A stretch of 35,022 nt of DNA, from the UHGV virus genome UHGV-0182056, one strand, 5' to 3'. Made by a program: the position numbers and the translations under genes. This document shows, in pieces, positions 9,541 to 18,565 of this stretch. Origin of the DNA: a virus. The notes beneath the pieces were generated by a model that did not search any database, was not told the DNA's origin, and worked only from the letters and a program-made list of their open reading frames with translations. Position 1 is the stretch's first letter, and the number at the start of each line of letters is the position of its first letter.

Positions 9541-11099
9541 CAGGCAGCCCTCACGATATAATTAAAGGCAATGTTACGGGGTCGATTTTCGTTTGCAGTT
9601 GGAACAATTCTTGAAGCATCAAGGCCAATCACTTTTGGGTAAACAGCGCCGTCTGCTCTTTCTGTCACCATACTTCTGGTTAAGGAGAAATAACTATTGT
9701 TTGTAGAGGGACTCAATGGCACTATGGCCCCCTTAAACGAGCCTGCTGTTTCCCATATTGAATAATTTTCAGTGTTTACAGTTCTGAACTCACCATAGAT
9801 ATTACGTATGGCATCGCCCTGAGCTGATAATATTGCCCTCCCCGTATCCATACCACGTCCGTCATCCCAGCCACGAATAAACTCACCACGTAAATCAGGC
9901 AATTTTTTTGTCGGGTAAGCCTTTGCCAGTTCCGGGTATTCTTCAGCAGAAAATGCCGCACCGTTGCATTTCAGCCAGCCTGTTGGCGGAGTGGCGGAAG
10001 GCCACGGAACAGGCACACCAACGGGTAATGCCGAACCTTCTCCCAAACCAAGGTATGCGAGAAGACCAGCTACATCCTTTCCACTCAAATTAGTCAGCGT
10101 ATTGTCCAGCGGTTGTTTACCTGCCAGTGCATTAAGCATTGTCGTGGCAAAGTTCGGGTCATTCCCCAGCGCCGCCGCCAGTTCGTTCAGTGTATCCAGT
10201 GCCGCAGGTGCAGAACCCACCATTGCCGCTATCGCCGATTTCACAAAAGCCGTAGTGGCAATCTGTGTATTGTTGACCGACTGCGCCGCCGTGGGGGCTG
10301 TTGGCGTTCCGGTGAGTTCCGGACTCAACAGCGGCACTTTCAGTGCCAGCGCATTATTAATGGTGGTACTGAATTTCGGATCATTGTTAATGGCTACGGC
10401 TATTTCTTTCAGCGTGTCCAGCGTGGCTGGCGCACCATTAATCAGGGCTGTCAGTGCCGCCTGAACAAACGCGGTGGTCGCAAGTTGCGTGGTATTATTC
10501 CCCGCCGCTGGCGTCGGCGCTTTGGGGGTTCCGGTAAATATCGGGCTGGCTTTTGGCGCATACTGTGAATGTGGGTCCGCTGCGGCAAGGTGTTTTGCCA
10601 TCAGGTCATCCACATACACCTTCAGCTCCAGTGCCTTATCATCCACATACTTGCGAGTTGCCAGTACTACAGCAGGGTCGATTTTCAGGGTGATATTGTC
10701 CGTACTGCTGGTAATCAGCACCATGCGCACGGTCTGGGTGCGCCCGCTGCCTTCAGCCAGTTGCGGCTTATAGCTTTCCGGGCAGTTGCCCACGGCAATC
10801 AATGCCCCGGACTCATCAAACAGGCCCACTTCACGTATCCACCAACCGCCCTCGTTTTCAGGGATCACCTGTTCAGCAATAATCTGGCTGCTGTTCTGCG
10901 GGTCGATATAGAGCATATTCAGCGCAGCCCGGCGTTTCTCATTTACCAGTGCAGTCTGCTTTGCGTCCGGCGTTGGCAATACTCCGCCACCATCGCCCAC
11001 CGCCATATGGGTAATTTTTAGCGGCACACCGAGCGCGGCGGAACTGGCAAGTTTCGCCGCGCCAATATCCGTCAGCAGGGTATAAAATTTTGTGCTCAT
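9540..11099 (-). CDS. H: Tail fibre protein gpH (constant N-terminal part plus invertible C-terminal part)
   Basis: N-terminus MSTKFYTLLTDIGAAKLA...MAVGDGGG resembles P2 gpH; the C-terminal ~170 aa lie inside the invertible segment. Confidence 0.85.
   Translation of the reverse strand: MSTKFYTLLTDIGAAKLASSAALGVPLKITHMAVGDGGGVLPTPDAKQTALVNEKRRAALNMLYIDPQNSSQIIAEQVIPENEGGWWIREVGLFDESGALIAVGNCPESYKPQLAEGSGRTQTVRMVLITSSTDNITLKIDPAVVLATRKYVDDKALELKVYVDDLMAKHLAAADPHSQYAPKASPIFTGTPKAPTPAAGNNTTQLATTAFVQAALTALINGAPATLDTLKEIAVAINNDPKFSTTINNALALKVPLLSPELTGTPTAPTAAQSVNNTQIATTAFVKSAIAAMVGSAPAALDTLNELAAALGNDPNFATTMLNALAGKQPLDNTLTNLSGKDVAGLLAYLGLGEGSALPVGVPVPWPSATPPTGWLKCNGAAFSAEEYPELAKAYPTKKLPDLRGEFIRGWDDGRGMDTGRAILSAQGDAIRNIYGEFRTVNTENYSIWETAGSFKGAIVPLSPSTNNSYFSLTRSMVTERADGAVYPKVIGLDASRIVPTANENRPRNIAFNYIVRAA
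10038..10063. other. Right recombination site (gix/pix-like), inside the tail-fibre gene at the constant/variable junction
   Basis: TTCTCCCAAACCAAGGTATGCGAGAA, inverted relative to 8132-8157; encodes the shared ...LGLGE... junction. Confidence 0.65.
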
Positions 11100-11701
11100 G
11101 GATTCACTCTCATTGTGTCAATAACATGGACCGCCCCGCCTTCATGCGCGGTGCCGCCGGAAATAATTGTTTCGTTGATATACGGATAGATCGTGATTTC
11201 TTCGCCAAGATAGCTGGCGGCTCCCACCCAATGCGGGCCGCTGGTCTGCAGGTTGATGGACATGCCGATCATGTGACGGCTACATGGTTTGGCATCGCTT
11301 ATCAGTCGCTCAAGTTCCAGATAGGTATCTTCAGTGATGCCCTGGTCCTGCACGCCGATATCCAGGCGAAACGTGCCCGGTGTTTCTCCGGTCTGCCACC
11401 ACTCAATAATGCGGATCAGAAAGCCGAACGGCTCCACCACCCGCCGCACGGCACTGGTGGTCCCTTTATGCTGATGAATATAAAAAGCATCCTTCACCAC
11501 CTGGCGCTTGACGCTTTCTGTCCAGCCCTCGTCCCAGCGATCCACAGAGAACGCCCAGGCGAGGTAAGGCAGGAAACTGACCGGACAGGTTGCCGGATTC
11601 CACAAGTCACGCAGCGGCACTTGCAGATCAGAAATCCCGCTGCAGGTTTGCGCCAGTCGGCGCTCCAGTGGTGTTGAACCCGGAGGCAGCAGACTATTCA
11701 T
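11096..11701 (-). CDS. I: Baseplate protein gpI
   Basis: 201 aa, P2 position between J and H. Confidence 0.8.
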   Translation of the reverse strand: MNSLLPPGSTPLERRLAQTCSGISDLQVPLRDLWNPATCPVSFLPYLAWAFSVDRWDEGWTESVKRQVVKDAFYIHQHKGTTSAVRRVVEPFGFLIRIIEWWQTGETPGTFRLDIGVQDQGITEDTYLELERLISDAKPCSRHMIGMSINLQTSGPHWVGAASYLGEEITIYPYINETIISGGTAHEGGAVHVIDTMRVNP

Positions 11702-12602
11702 CCGTTCCTCCGTTGGTTACGCTCCACTGCGTACATGATGCCGCCTGTGTTTTATTCAGAACCACATCCGCCAGCGGAGAAGCCAGTTCCACACGTTGAA
11801 CACCCTCAACATGCAGCGCGGCAAAAATAGCACTACGGCGAATATCCCGACCGAGCCGCGTCTGACTGGCGATGTACCTCTGCAGGCTGACTTTTGCCGC
11901 TGCCATTACCGGCTCTGCTTCCGGTCCCGGATAAAGAAAAATGGTGGCTTCCACACGGTACGGGATGATTTCTGCGCTGCGAACCGTAAGACGGTCAGCC
12001 ACCGGGCGGACGTTCTCACTGTTCAGAGCTTTTTCCACCATGTCCAGCAGGTCTTTTTCTGCAGTTCCATCGCCTTCGCGGCTAAGGACAGTCAGCACCA
12101 CCTCTGCAGGTGCCGGGCTGGTTGCACTGGCATCCGCCACCCGGCCGTCGGCGCTTCGGGCATGAAATTCATAAGCTGCAGTTGGCCCCGCAACTGAAAG
12201 CCCTTCAAAGGCTGCAGGCACACGCAGGCGTAACGCTTCATCGCTTTCCATCACAGCTGCAACGGGCGGCACAGCGTCATTATCAGCAGGCGTCACCGTC
12301 AGGCGTTTCACGTTGTAGTTGGCAGCGAGCTGGTCAAGATCGCTGCCCATCGCGTAAGCCACCATCACAGCCTGCGCGGCTTCGTTAATGCGCTGGCGCA
12401 GAAGCAACTCACGGTAAGCGTTCTCCTGCAGCAATTTGGTGACGGGTTCAGATTCCAGTTCCAGCGTGCGGATCACTGCTTCCTGCTCATCTTTCGGATG
12501 AAGCGCCACAAATTCGGCCTTGCGTTCGGCAAGCAGCGTCTCAAAGTCCGGCACATCCACAATCTGCGGCGCAGGCAACTGCGAAAGGTCAATCACTGCC
12601 AT
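11694..12602 (-). CDS. J: Baseplate assembly protein gpJ
   Basis: Track ORF 11694..12641; likely start at MAVIDLSQLPAP, which resembles the P2 gpJ N-terminus. Confidence 0.8.
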   Translation of the reverse strand: MAVIDLSQLPAPQIVDVPDFETLLAERKAEFVALHPKDEQEAVIRTLELESEPVTKLLQENAYRELLLRQRINEAAQAVMVAYAMGSDLDQLAANYNVKRLTVTPADNDAVPPVAAVMESDEALRLRVPAAFEGLSVAGPTAAYEFHARSADGRVADASATSPAPAEVVLTVLSREGDGTAEKDLLDMVEKALNSENVRPVADRLTVRSAEIIPYRVEATIFLYPGPEAEPVMAAAKVSLQRYIASQTRLGRDIRRSAIFAALHVEGVQRVELASPLADVVLNKTQAASCTQWSVTNGGTDE

Positions 12603-12948
12603 TCTCTGCTCCTGTTGATACGGAAAGGGAAACAGGCACACCGTTATTACGCCGCCCGGTCAGCTCCACCACCATAGAACCGTCAAAGTTGCTGTTGATG
12701 GTGATGGAATCAAGCGTCAGCCGTGGCTCCCAGCGACTCAGCGCCACATACACTGCCGACATGACCTGCAGGCGTAATGCCGGATTTTGTGGCTGGTCTA
12801 TCAGTGCCGACAGCAGGGAACCATATTCCCGACGGGCAATGCGGCTACCCTGTGGCGTCAGCAGAATGTCCCGCACCGACTGGCGCAGATGGTCAATATC
12901 AGTAATGACTTTGCCGCTGGTATTGTTCATCCCGCTATAAAGCGTCAT
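12589..12948 (-). CDS. W: Baseplate protein gpW
   Basis: 119 aa, position and size fit P2 gpW. Confidence 0.75.
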   Translation of the reverse strand: MTLYSGMNNTSGKVITDIDHLRQSVRDILLTPQGSRIARREYGSLLSALIDQPQNPALRLQVMSAVYVALSRWEPRLTLDSITINSNFDGSMVVELTGRRNNGVPVSLSVSTGAENGSD

Positions 12949-13523
12949 ACCGGGCCTCCGGTTGTATCGCCGCCTTTCAGGACGCCAGTATGCTGATGCG
13001 CATCAACCACGATCCCGTTAGAACTCATCGCTCCGCCGCCCTGGGTAACGCCACCATTGATCACCACTTCGCTGTTAATGCGCGTGCGGTCAGCCTCCAG
13101 TACAAACTCACTGGTTTTCATGGTGATGTTGTCAGCGGCCTCAATGACCATTGATTTGATGCCCCTGACATACCAGCGCCCGGTGGCGGGTTCGTATTCA
13201 AACCAGCCACCGTCAGGATGTTCTGTCACGCAGGCGTCCGCCGACGTCGACGGTGGCGCGAACTGATTCGAATAGATGGCGGGTAACGCAAAGGCGGTTT
13301 CCAGATTGCCGCCCAGACTCAGCAGCACCACCTGCTCACCTTCCGATGGTCGCCACCATGTGCGGGCATTCCCGGCACGCAGCGTCAGCCAGCTGATCCA
13401 GTTGGTTTCAAGCTCGCCCGTTTTCACCCGGCAAAGCCAGTTTTCCCTGTCCACTTCGGTGACTACCCCAGTGCGGATCAGGTTGGTGATAAGGCGCATG
13501 ATTTCGGTTAATTGTGCGTTCAT
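12945..13523 (-). CDS. V: Baseplate spike protein gpV
   Basis: 192 aa, first gene of the V-W-J-I-H-G operon. Confidence 0.75.
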   Translation of the reverse strand: MNAQLTEIMRLITNLIRTGVVTEVDRENWLCRVKTGELETNWISWLTLRAGNARTWWRPSEGEQVVLLSLGGNLETAFALPAIYSNQFAPPSTSADACVTEHPDGGWFEYEPATGRWYVRGIKSMVIEAADNITMKTSEFVLEADRTRINSEVVINGGVTQGGGAMSSNGIVVDAHQHTGVLKGGDTTGGPV

Positions 13524-13569
13524 AGGGAAAGGTTGCCATCAGGGGAAGAAAGGCGGCAGTGCTGCAACT

Positions 13570-13587
13570 TGTATCAGTGCTGATACA
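13570..13587. promoter_or_regulatory. Candidate Ogr-dependent late promoter element (TGT-N12-ACA) upstream of V
   Basis: Dyad TGTATCAGTGCTGATACA, 47-64 bp upstream of the V start. Confidence 0.5.
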
Positions 13588-13591
13588 AAGA

Positions 13592-14038
13592 TCACTCCGC
13601 CAGCCATTGCAGAATCATGTCGCGGGTCATTGCCTCAACATCATCATTTACACCCAGCAGGCGGCGCTCTGCGTAACGGACCTCCGGTCCTTTGCGACTG
13701 ACGCGATCACGCAGGCCGTAATGGTGAACACGGGCAATACGCTGCACCTTGCCTTCAAACTGTACGCTGGCAGAGTCGGCGCTGGCGGCAGTTTTCAGGT
13801 ATTTTGTGGTGCGCAGCTTTGCAAACATCTGACGTTTGATGCGGCCTTTTTTACTGCGTGCTGTTACCCGTCGCGGTTCATAGCTGCTGCCGTCAGGGTT
13901 GCGCTGCATCCTGATGTTCTGCTGCTGTGTCCGGCGCAGTTCCTGCGCCAGCTGGCGCATCATGCGACTTCTGGCGGCTGGCTCCAGATTCGCCAGCAAG
14001 GCACTCAGCCAGTCGTCCACTTTCTGCAGTTCAGCCAC
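13592..14038 (-). CDS. S: Tail completion protein gpS
   Basis: 148 aa, P2 order R-S-V. Confidence 0.75.
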   Translation of the reverse strand: MAELQKVDDWLSALLANLEPAARSRMMRQLAQELRRTQQQNIRMQRNPDGSSYEPRRVTARSKKGRIKRQMFAKLRTTKYLKTAASADSASVQFEGKVQRIARVHHYGLRDRVSRKGPEVRYAERRLLGVNDDVEAMTRDMILQWLAE

Positions 14039-14483
14039 GTTTCACCGTCCACATTTCTTCAGGTTCATCGGGTTCTGCTACAGCTTCAACGCTCGACACA
14101 CTGCCGTCAGTGCTGACCAGCACACGCTCCGTCAGTTGCAGGTTAAGGCTGATATCACAGACATCGTTGCGCAGAATATCCACCTCAAAGGTGAATAGTT
14201 TTTCCCGTAACGCCGGATTATTGATGGCATCGGGCTGGTTATCCCGCAGCCACAGCAAAACCGGGGCCATCAGCAGATTCTGGTCCCCGCTGAAATCCTC
14301 AATCACCGCGTTCAGGGTGTAACGGTACTCCCATGACATGGAGCCGGCCCCCGTGGCAACCAGCGAACCGTTATCCACAAACAGATGCAGTTTGTCCGGG
14401 TTATTGCGGACATAAGGCACCGCTTTATTGAGGGCGTGGCGCAGGGATTGTGGTTTGTTCACTGTTTCGCTCCTGACACGCAA
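14031..14483 (-). CDS. R: Tail completion protein gpR
   Basis: 150 aa, P2 order. Confidence 0.75.
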   Translation of the reverse strand: MRVRSETVNKPQSLRHALNKAVPYVRNNPDKLHLFVDNGSLVATGAGSMSWEYRYTLNAVIEDFSGDQNLLMAPVLLWLRDNQPDAINNPALREKLFTFEVDILRNDVCDISLNLQLTERVLVSTDGSVSSVEAVAEPDEPEEMWTVKRG

Positions 14484-14715
14484 TAATCATGTCCACTTTG
14501 TCTGCACAGACCGCCCAGGCGGCCTCCGTTTCATCCAGCAACGCGTTCAGATCACCGTTAGTGCGCGGCGCTGCCTGATCCAGCCGACACGGCGTCACTC
14601 GCGGACAACCACTGACGGTAAGCTGCACCTCCGGTGAGCGTCGGACGTTCCCGCAGCCGGATAATGTCAGCAGGCAAAGGAGTATCAGCCCAGCGGCGTA
14701 AATCCTCGTTCTCAC
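14425..14715 (-). CDS. lysC: LysC, Rz1-like outer-membrane lipoprotein spanin, overlapping lysB in another frame
   Basis: 96 aa with lipobox LTLSGC after a signal peptide; Pro-rich. Confidence 0.65.
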   Translation of the reverse strand: MRTRIYAAGLILLCLLTLSGCGNVRRSPEVQLTVSGCPRVTPCRLDQAAPRTNGDLNALLDETEAAWAVCADKVDMIIACQERNSEQTTIPAPRPQ

Positions 14716-14986
14716 GTTTCAGTTCCTCTATCCGGTGTTGTCGTTGTCTCAGCAGCGCGCTGGTATGTTCTGCTTCGGCATAGAGCCGCGCCTGCTCCCG
14801 GTTATTGGTTTCAGTCAGAATGGACAGGCTGATAAGCTGGCTGTTGCTCTTTGCCAGTGCCTGGCTTTTGCTCTGCAGCTCGTCTGCCTGCGTGCTGATG
14901 GTCTGGCTGGCATCAGCCAGCCGCCACGTCTGCCAGCCCAGCGCCGCCAGTAATAACGCCAGCATAACCAGCAGCAACCGGTTCAT
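14558..14986 (-). CDS. lysB: LysB, Rz-like inner-membrane spanin
   Basis: 142 aa with N-terminal transmembrane helix and coiled-coil region; follows lysA. Confidence 0.7.
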   Translation of the reverse strand: MNRLLLVMLALLLAALGWQTWRLADASQTISTQADELQSKSQALAKSNSQLISLSILTETNNREQARLYAEAEHTSALLRQRQHRIEELKRENEDLRRWADTPLPADIIRLRERPTLTGGAAYRQWLSASDAVSAGSGSAAH

Positions 14987-15360
14987 GCTGCTACCTGTTG
15001 CGCCATCTGATTACGGGTGATCCAGAAGGCAATAACGGTCAGTAGATAAAAGACCAGGGTAATAGCCCACCCCGTCCAGGCGAGACTTACGACAATCAGC
15101 AATCGCATCACCCAGCTGATAAATACGTTTTCTTTTCGGGTAATGGTCTTCAGCAAAGATGCCCTCAACTCCTGCCAGAGCGGGCCATTCTTAATTAACG
15201 CAGCCAGTGCTACCGGAATTACCGCCCATGTCAGTAAACAGGCTACCCAAACGCCGGACGCTGCCAGTACCGGAAAAATCCCCTGCGGATACACCATTGC
15301 TGCGATTAACAGCGCCATCCATAACATCAGAAACAGCCCGCTGATTAATTTCTTTTTCAT
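14983..15360 (-). CDS. lysA: LysA-like multi-pass membrane protein (lysis timing)
   Basis: Track ORF 14983..15432; likely start at MKKKLISGLF; several hydrophobic helices. Confidence 0.6.
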   Translation of the reverse strand: MKKKLISGLFLMLWMALLIAAMVYPQGIFPVLAASGVWVACLLTWAVIPVALAALIKNGPLWQELRASLLKTITRKENVFISWVMRLLIVVSLAWTGWAITLVFYLLTVIAFWITRNQMAQQVAA

Positions 15361-15361
15361 T

Positions 15362-15874
15362 TCAGTTTGCTCCCTGTAAACACCAGGCCATCTCCCGCGC
15401 ACGGCGGTTATCCAGCCCCTGATTAAACACACCTTTCACATAAACCCAGCGCGGCAACTGTCGGCACGCATCCGCCCAGCGCCGCTGATTGAGTAATTTC
15501 ACCAGCGTGGAACTGCAGGCATTGCCCGTTCCCACGTTGAAGGCAAACGACACCGTAGCGTCATATACCTTCTGCGGCGGCTGTTGTTTCACACACCTTT
15601 CCAGCGCTCGCTCCACACGCAGCACGTTGGAAATCAGTCCTTCTGCTGCCTGTCGTTCCGTAATGGTTTTGCCGGGAATGACGCCTGACGTGTTACCAAT
15701 GCCGTCGGTCCAGACGCCCGCGCTGCACTGATACGGCTGCAGACGACAGCCTTCGTAATCGGCAATCAGTTTCAGCCCCTCCACGGAGGTGTGAAGCTGC
15801 TGAAACCCCGGCAGCGTGGCAGCAATAGCCAGCACGGCCCCGACAAGGCAGCGTTTAACGATTGATGGATTCAT
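15362..15874 (-). CDS. Endolysin, lysozyme-like, with N-terminal signal-anchor (SAR-type)
   Basis: N-terminal hydrophobic stretch VGAVLAIAATLPG followed by an E...D/C...T motif (VEGLKLIADYEGC...WTDGIGNT) typical of T4-lysozyme-fold endolysins. Confidence 0.75.
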   Translation of the reverse strand: MNPSIVKRCLVGAVLAIAATLPGFQQLHTSVEGLKLIADYEGCRLQPYQCSAGVWTDGIGNTSGVIPGKTITERQAAEGLISNVLRVERALERCVKQQPPQKVYDATVSFAFNVGTGNACSSTLVKLLNQRRWADACRQLPRWVYVKGVFNQGLDNRRAREMAWCLQGAN

Positions 15875-16070
15875 AGTCCTCCCGCGAGATCTGCCCGTCG
15901 CGCAGAAGCTGGTAGGCTTTGTGTTTGTAGTACCAGTTGATAGCCAGCATCAGCACACCAATCATCAGGCCGCCCAGCGTTGAGGCATCCTTGATGGACA
16001 AATCGCCCAGCCAGGCCAGCACAACGGCGATGCAGTACGTGATAAAGGCGCTGATTCGCTCAAGCGTCAT
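15855..16070 (-). CDS. Holin (small two-helix membrane protein; candidate pinholin)
   Basis: 71 aa with two hydrophobic helices and a charged C-terminus, directly upstream of the endolysin. Confidence 0.7.
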   Translation of the reverse strand: MTLERISAFITYCIAVVLAWLGDLSIKDASTLGGLMIGVLMLAINWYYKHKAYQLLRDGQISREDYESINR

Positions 16071-16073
16071 AAT

Positions 16074-16277
16074 TCAGTCCCATAGCTGGACGGTCTGCAC
16101 GGTGGTGGTGGTCGGAATGTCCGGCAGCTCCACCTGCAGCCCGTGAGGTAAAAAGGGGCCATATTCGGCAAGCCCCGGATTTGCCTTCAGTACCTGCTCC
16201 GTGACACCCTGCGTGCGCCCGTAATGACGCCAGCAAAGCGCGTCCACCGTGTCATACTGATGTGCACGCACTTTCAT
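16074..16277 (-). CDS. X: Tail protein gpX
   Basis: 67 aa, P2 position between L and the lysis genes. Confidence 0.7.
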   Translation of the reverse strand: MKVRAHQYDTVDALCWRHYGRTQGVTEQVLKANPGLAEYGPFLPHGLQVELPDIPTTTTVQTVQLWD

Positions 16278-16741
16278 CAGATAAGCTCCACTGTGCAGTG
16301 CGGCGCATCCTGCACCCGGCTGATGGCCCAGCGGGCGTCACGCCACAAATCACCGCTGGATTCCGCCAGTTCCTCGCCTCGCTTCACACCGGATGCCGTG
16401 GCGTCATAGTCCTGGTATCGTTCGTTGAGCATGGCGCGTGCCCAGCAGTAAACCGCGTTGAAATAGTGCTGAATGCGCTCACTTTTGCCGTCCAGCTGTT
16501 CCGCCGGAACCTCAGCCAGCGACACATACCCCAGCATCTGCTGACGTCTGCGAAACTCATACAGCTCTGCGTTGACCTCCGAAATTGCCGACAGCGCAAC
16601 CTGCTTTAAACGCGGCTGCGTCACCGTGCCGTCAGTGCGCATGACACTGCGAAACTCCGACAGGTCCACATCAGGCCAGAACGGCGTATTTCTGATGATT
16701 TCCGCCTGTTCCGGTGCCTGTTCTGGCGCAACAAACTTCAT
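16277..16741 (-). CDS. L: Capsid completion protein gpL
   Basis: Track ORF 16277..16804; likely start at MKFVAPEQ, preceded by AGGAG. Confidence 0.75.
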   Translation of the reverse strand: MKFVAPEQAPEQAEIIRNTPFWPDVDLSEFRSVMRTDGTVTQPRLKQVALSAISEVNAELYEFRRRQQMLGYVSLAEVPAEQLDGKSERIQHYFNAVYCWARAMLNERYQDYDATASGVKRGEELAESSGDLWRDARWAISRVQDAPHCTVELI

Positions 16742-16836
16742 GCTGCTTTCTCCTGAAATAGAGGGCGGTGGACGGGGTTTTGATGTGGCAGTGCCTTTCG
16801 CCACCCCGTGCCGCCCGTGCGCGGGGGCACGTTCTG

Positions 16837-17487
16837 TCAGCGGCTGTCATTGCGCAGTCTGCGCTCCAGCTGCTGTTTGTCTTTTTTCACGCCACAGCGG
16901 GGATCAAGCTGTAACGCATGGTTGAGATGATTAAGGGCGGAAGCCGGATTGCTTTCACTCAGGACAGCGCCAATCGCTTTATGCAGACGCGCCCGTGACT
17001 GGTCCGGCATATCCAGACCGTCTGTCAGCTCCAGCGTCTGCAACAACAGATCGGCATCAAAGCCGGTGGCGGCAAGCATTGCGCTCTGCGCGGCGTCTGC
17101 CATTTCCTCTGCCAGCACGGTCTGCACGTTGCGGTTACCCAGCGGCATCACCCAGCCATGACGCAGGGCATGACGCCCGATCTCCAGCGCCCCGGCATAA
17201 TCTCCGGCATCAATGCGCCACAGCATCACGTACATCAGCACGTCATCCTGTTGAGCGCCTCCGGCAGCCAGGACACCCTCTGCCCAGGCGGCGTACTTCG
17301 GCAGCAGCTCCACCTTGATTTCCGCTTTTTTGACCGTGGACTGAACGCCCTTGAGACGGCGGCGGTCTTCCGCCAGTTGCAGCAGCATCAGGTCATAGCC
17401 CGATGCGTGGCGAACACTGCCGCCCTCGCGGGCGGCCTGTTCAGCCTGAACGCGCAGGCGATGCTGCCGTGCGGGACTCAGGCTCAT
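16837..17487 (-). CDS. M: Terminase small (endonuclease) subunit gpM
   Basis: 216 aa, P2 order O-N-M-L. Confidence 0.8.
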   Translation of the reverse strand: MSLSPARQHRLRVQAEQAAREGGSVRHASGYDLMLLQLAEDRRRLKGVQSTVKKAEIKVELLPKYAAWAEGVLAAGGAQQDDVLMYVMLWRIDAGDYAGALEIGRHALRHGWVMPLGNRNVQTVLAEEMADAAQSAMLAATGFDADLLLQTLELTDGLDMPDQSRARLHKAIGAVLSESNPASALNHLNHALQLDPRCGVKKDKQQLERRLRNDSR

Positions 17488-17490
17488 GGA

Positions 17491-18549
17491 TTACGCTCCG
17501 GTTTCGGCTGCGGCGGCGCTGAAATCACCAATCTGGATGTTTTCCACCAGTGCGGCGCAGCGGTAGTCCTCAACCACATAGGCTTCGTTAACGGATTCAA
17601 AGTTTTCAATCCGGTCACGTTTCGGGTTGTCGATAACTGAACGGCGGCGGGTGTCTTCCTGCCAGTAGATGGACAGGTTATCCAGACGGGTGATCAGCAG
17701 CGCATTCGGCGGGAAGAACGGCGCACGCACGGCCTGCAGGCCACCCATGCGTTTCTGGCTGATGATCATATCGGCAGCCAGTTTTTCACTGTTTTCCTGC
17801 TCTTTGTTGACCAGCGGGAAATACTTGTCAGACAACAGTTCACGACCGCAAATCACCACCAGATCGTCATCGTCCTGGTAGACCACGTCGATAAGCTCAT
17901 TGACCGCATCCATCACCACCGCGTCCAGGTTGGCATATTCGCCACCTTTCCCGACTTTCACTGCGCCCGGTGTGGTTTCACCGCCCGTGGTGGTGCTGCC
18001 CATGACGTGATCCGGTGCATCTTCACGGATTTTCTGCAGCCAGCCTTTGTTCACATCCTGCAGCAGCGGGTTTTCACTACGGTTGGAGGTTTTCGCACGC
18101 TTCACGCCGTTAAAGCCGATCATGATGCGGTCCAGTGCCTGACGTTTCACGATGGCGTCACGGATGCGCACCTGGAAATCCTGAAACTTAGCCCACAGGT
18201 CCAGCTTCGCGTAGGTCAGCACCGTGTCAAAGTTGGTCTGCTCGCATTTATATTCCACATCGACCATCAGCGTCGGATCGACAGGTTCACGCTCTTTCGC
18301 GGTGGTGTCAGTGGTTCCGGCAATGGTGCTGCCAACACCCAGCCCCAGCAGCTGACCGGACTGCTCAGTCACTGGCGTGACGTTAATCAGTGTCAGGAAA
18401 GCGGCGGACTGCTGGATCTGGTCTTCCAGCGTCTGCTGCACAGACGGCTCCACGGTGAACTTGCTGGACAGTTCTTCAACTGCCACACCGTTCAGACGCG
18501 CCAGCTGCTGCAGGTAAGCGTTAAAAGCAAAGCGGGTATTCTTCTTCAT
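17491..18549 (-). CDS. N: Major capsid protein gpN
   Basis: 352 aa, P2 order. Confidence 0.85.
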   Translation of the reverse strand: MKKNTRFAFNAYLQQLARLNGVAVEELSSKFTVEPSVQQTLEDQIQQSAAFLTLINVTPVTEQSGQLLGLGVGSTIAGTTDTTAKEREPVDPTLMVDVEYKCEQTNFDTVLTYAKLDLWAKFQDFQVRIRDAIVKRQALDRIMIGFNGVKRAKTSNRSENPLLQDVNKGWLQKIREDAPDHVMGSTTTGGETTPGAVKVGKGGEYANLDAVVMDAVNELIDVVYQDDDDLVVICGRELLSDKYFPLVNKEQENSEKLAADMIISQKRMGGLQAVRAPFFPPNALLITRLDNLSIYWQEDTRRRSVIDNPKRDRIENFESVNEAYVVEDYRCAALVENIQIGDFSAAAAETGA

Positions 18550-18565
18550 CGGGTTTTGTGCTCCA

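Larger units (their letters stand above)
8144..10051. mobile_element. Invertible host-range segment (G-segment-like) carrying two alternative tail-fibre C-termini and two tail-fibre assembly genes
   Basis: Bounded by inverted repeats; holds the active fibre 3' end plus tfa on the minus strand and a promoterless alternative fibre C-terminus plus tfa' on the plus strand; invertase gene adjacent. Confidence 0.7.

Noticed and set aside
16277-16804. Longer 175-aa form of gpL starting at the first in-frame codon
   Set aside because: The internal ATG at 16741 is preceded by a good Shine-Dalgarno sequence; the upstream extension is Pro/Ser-rich and probably untranslated.
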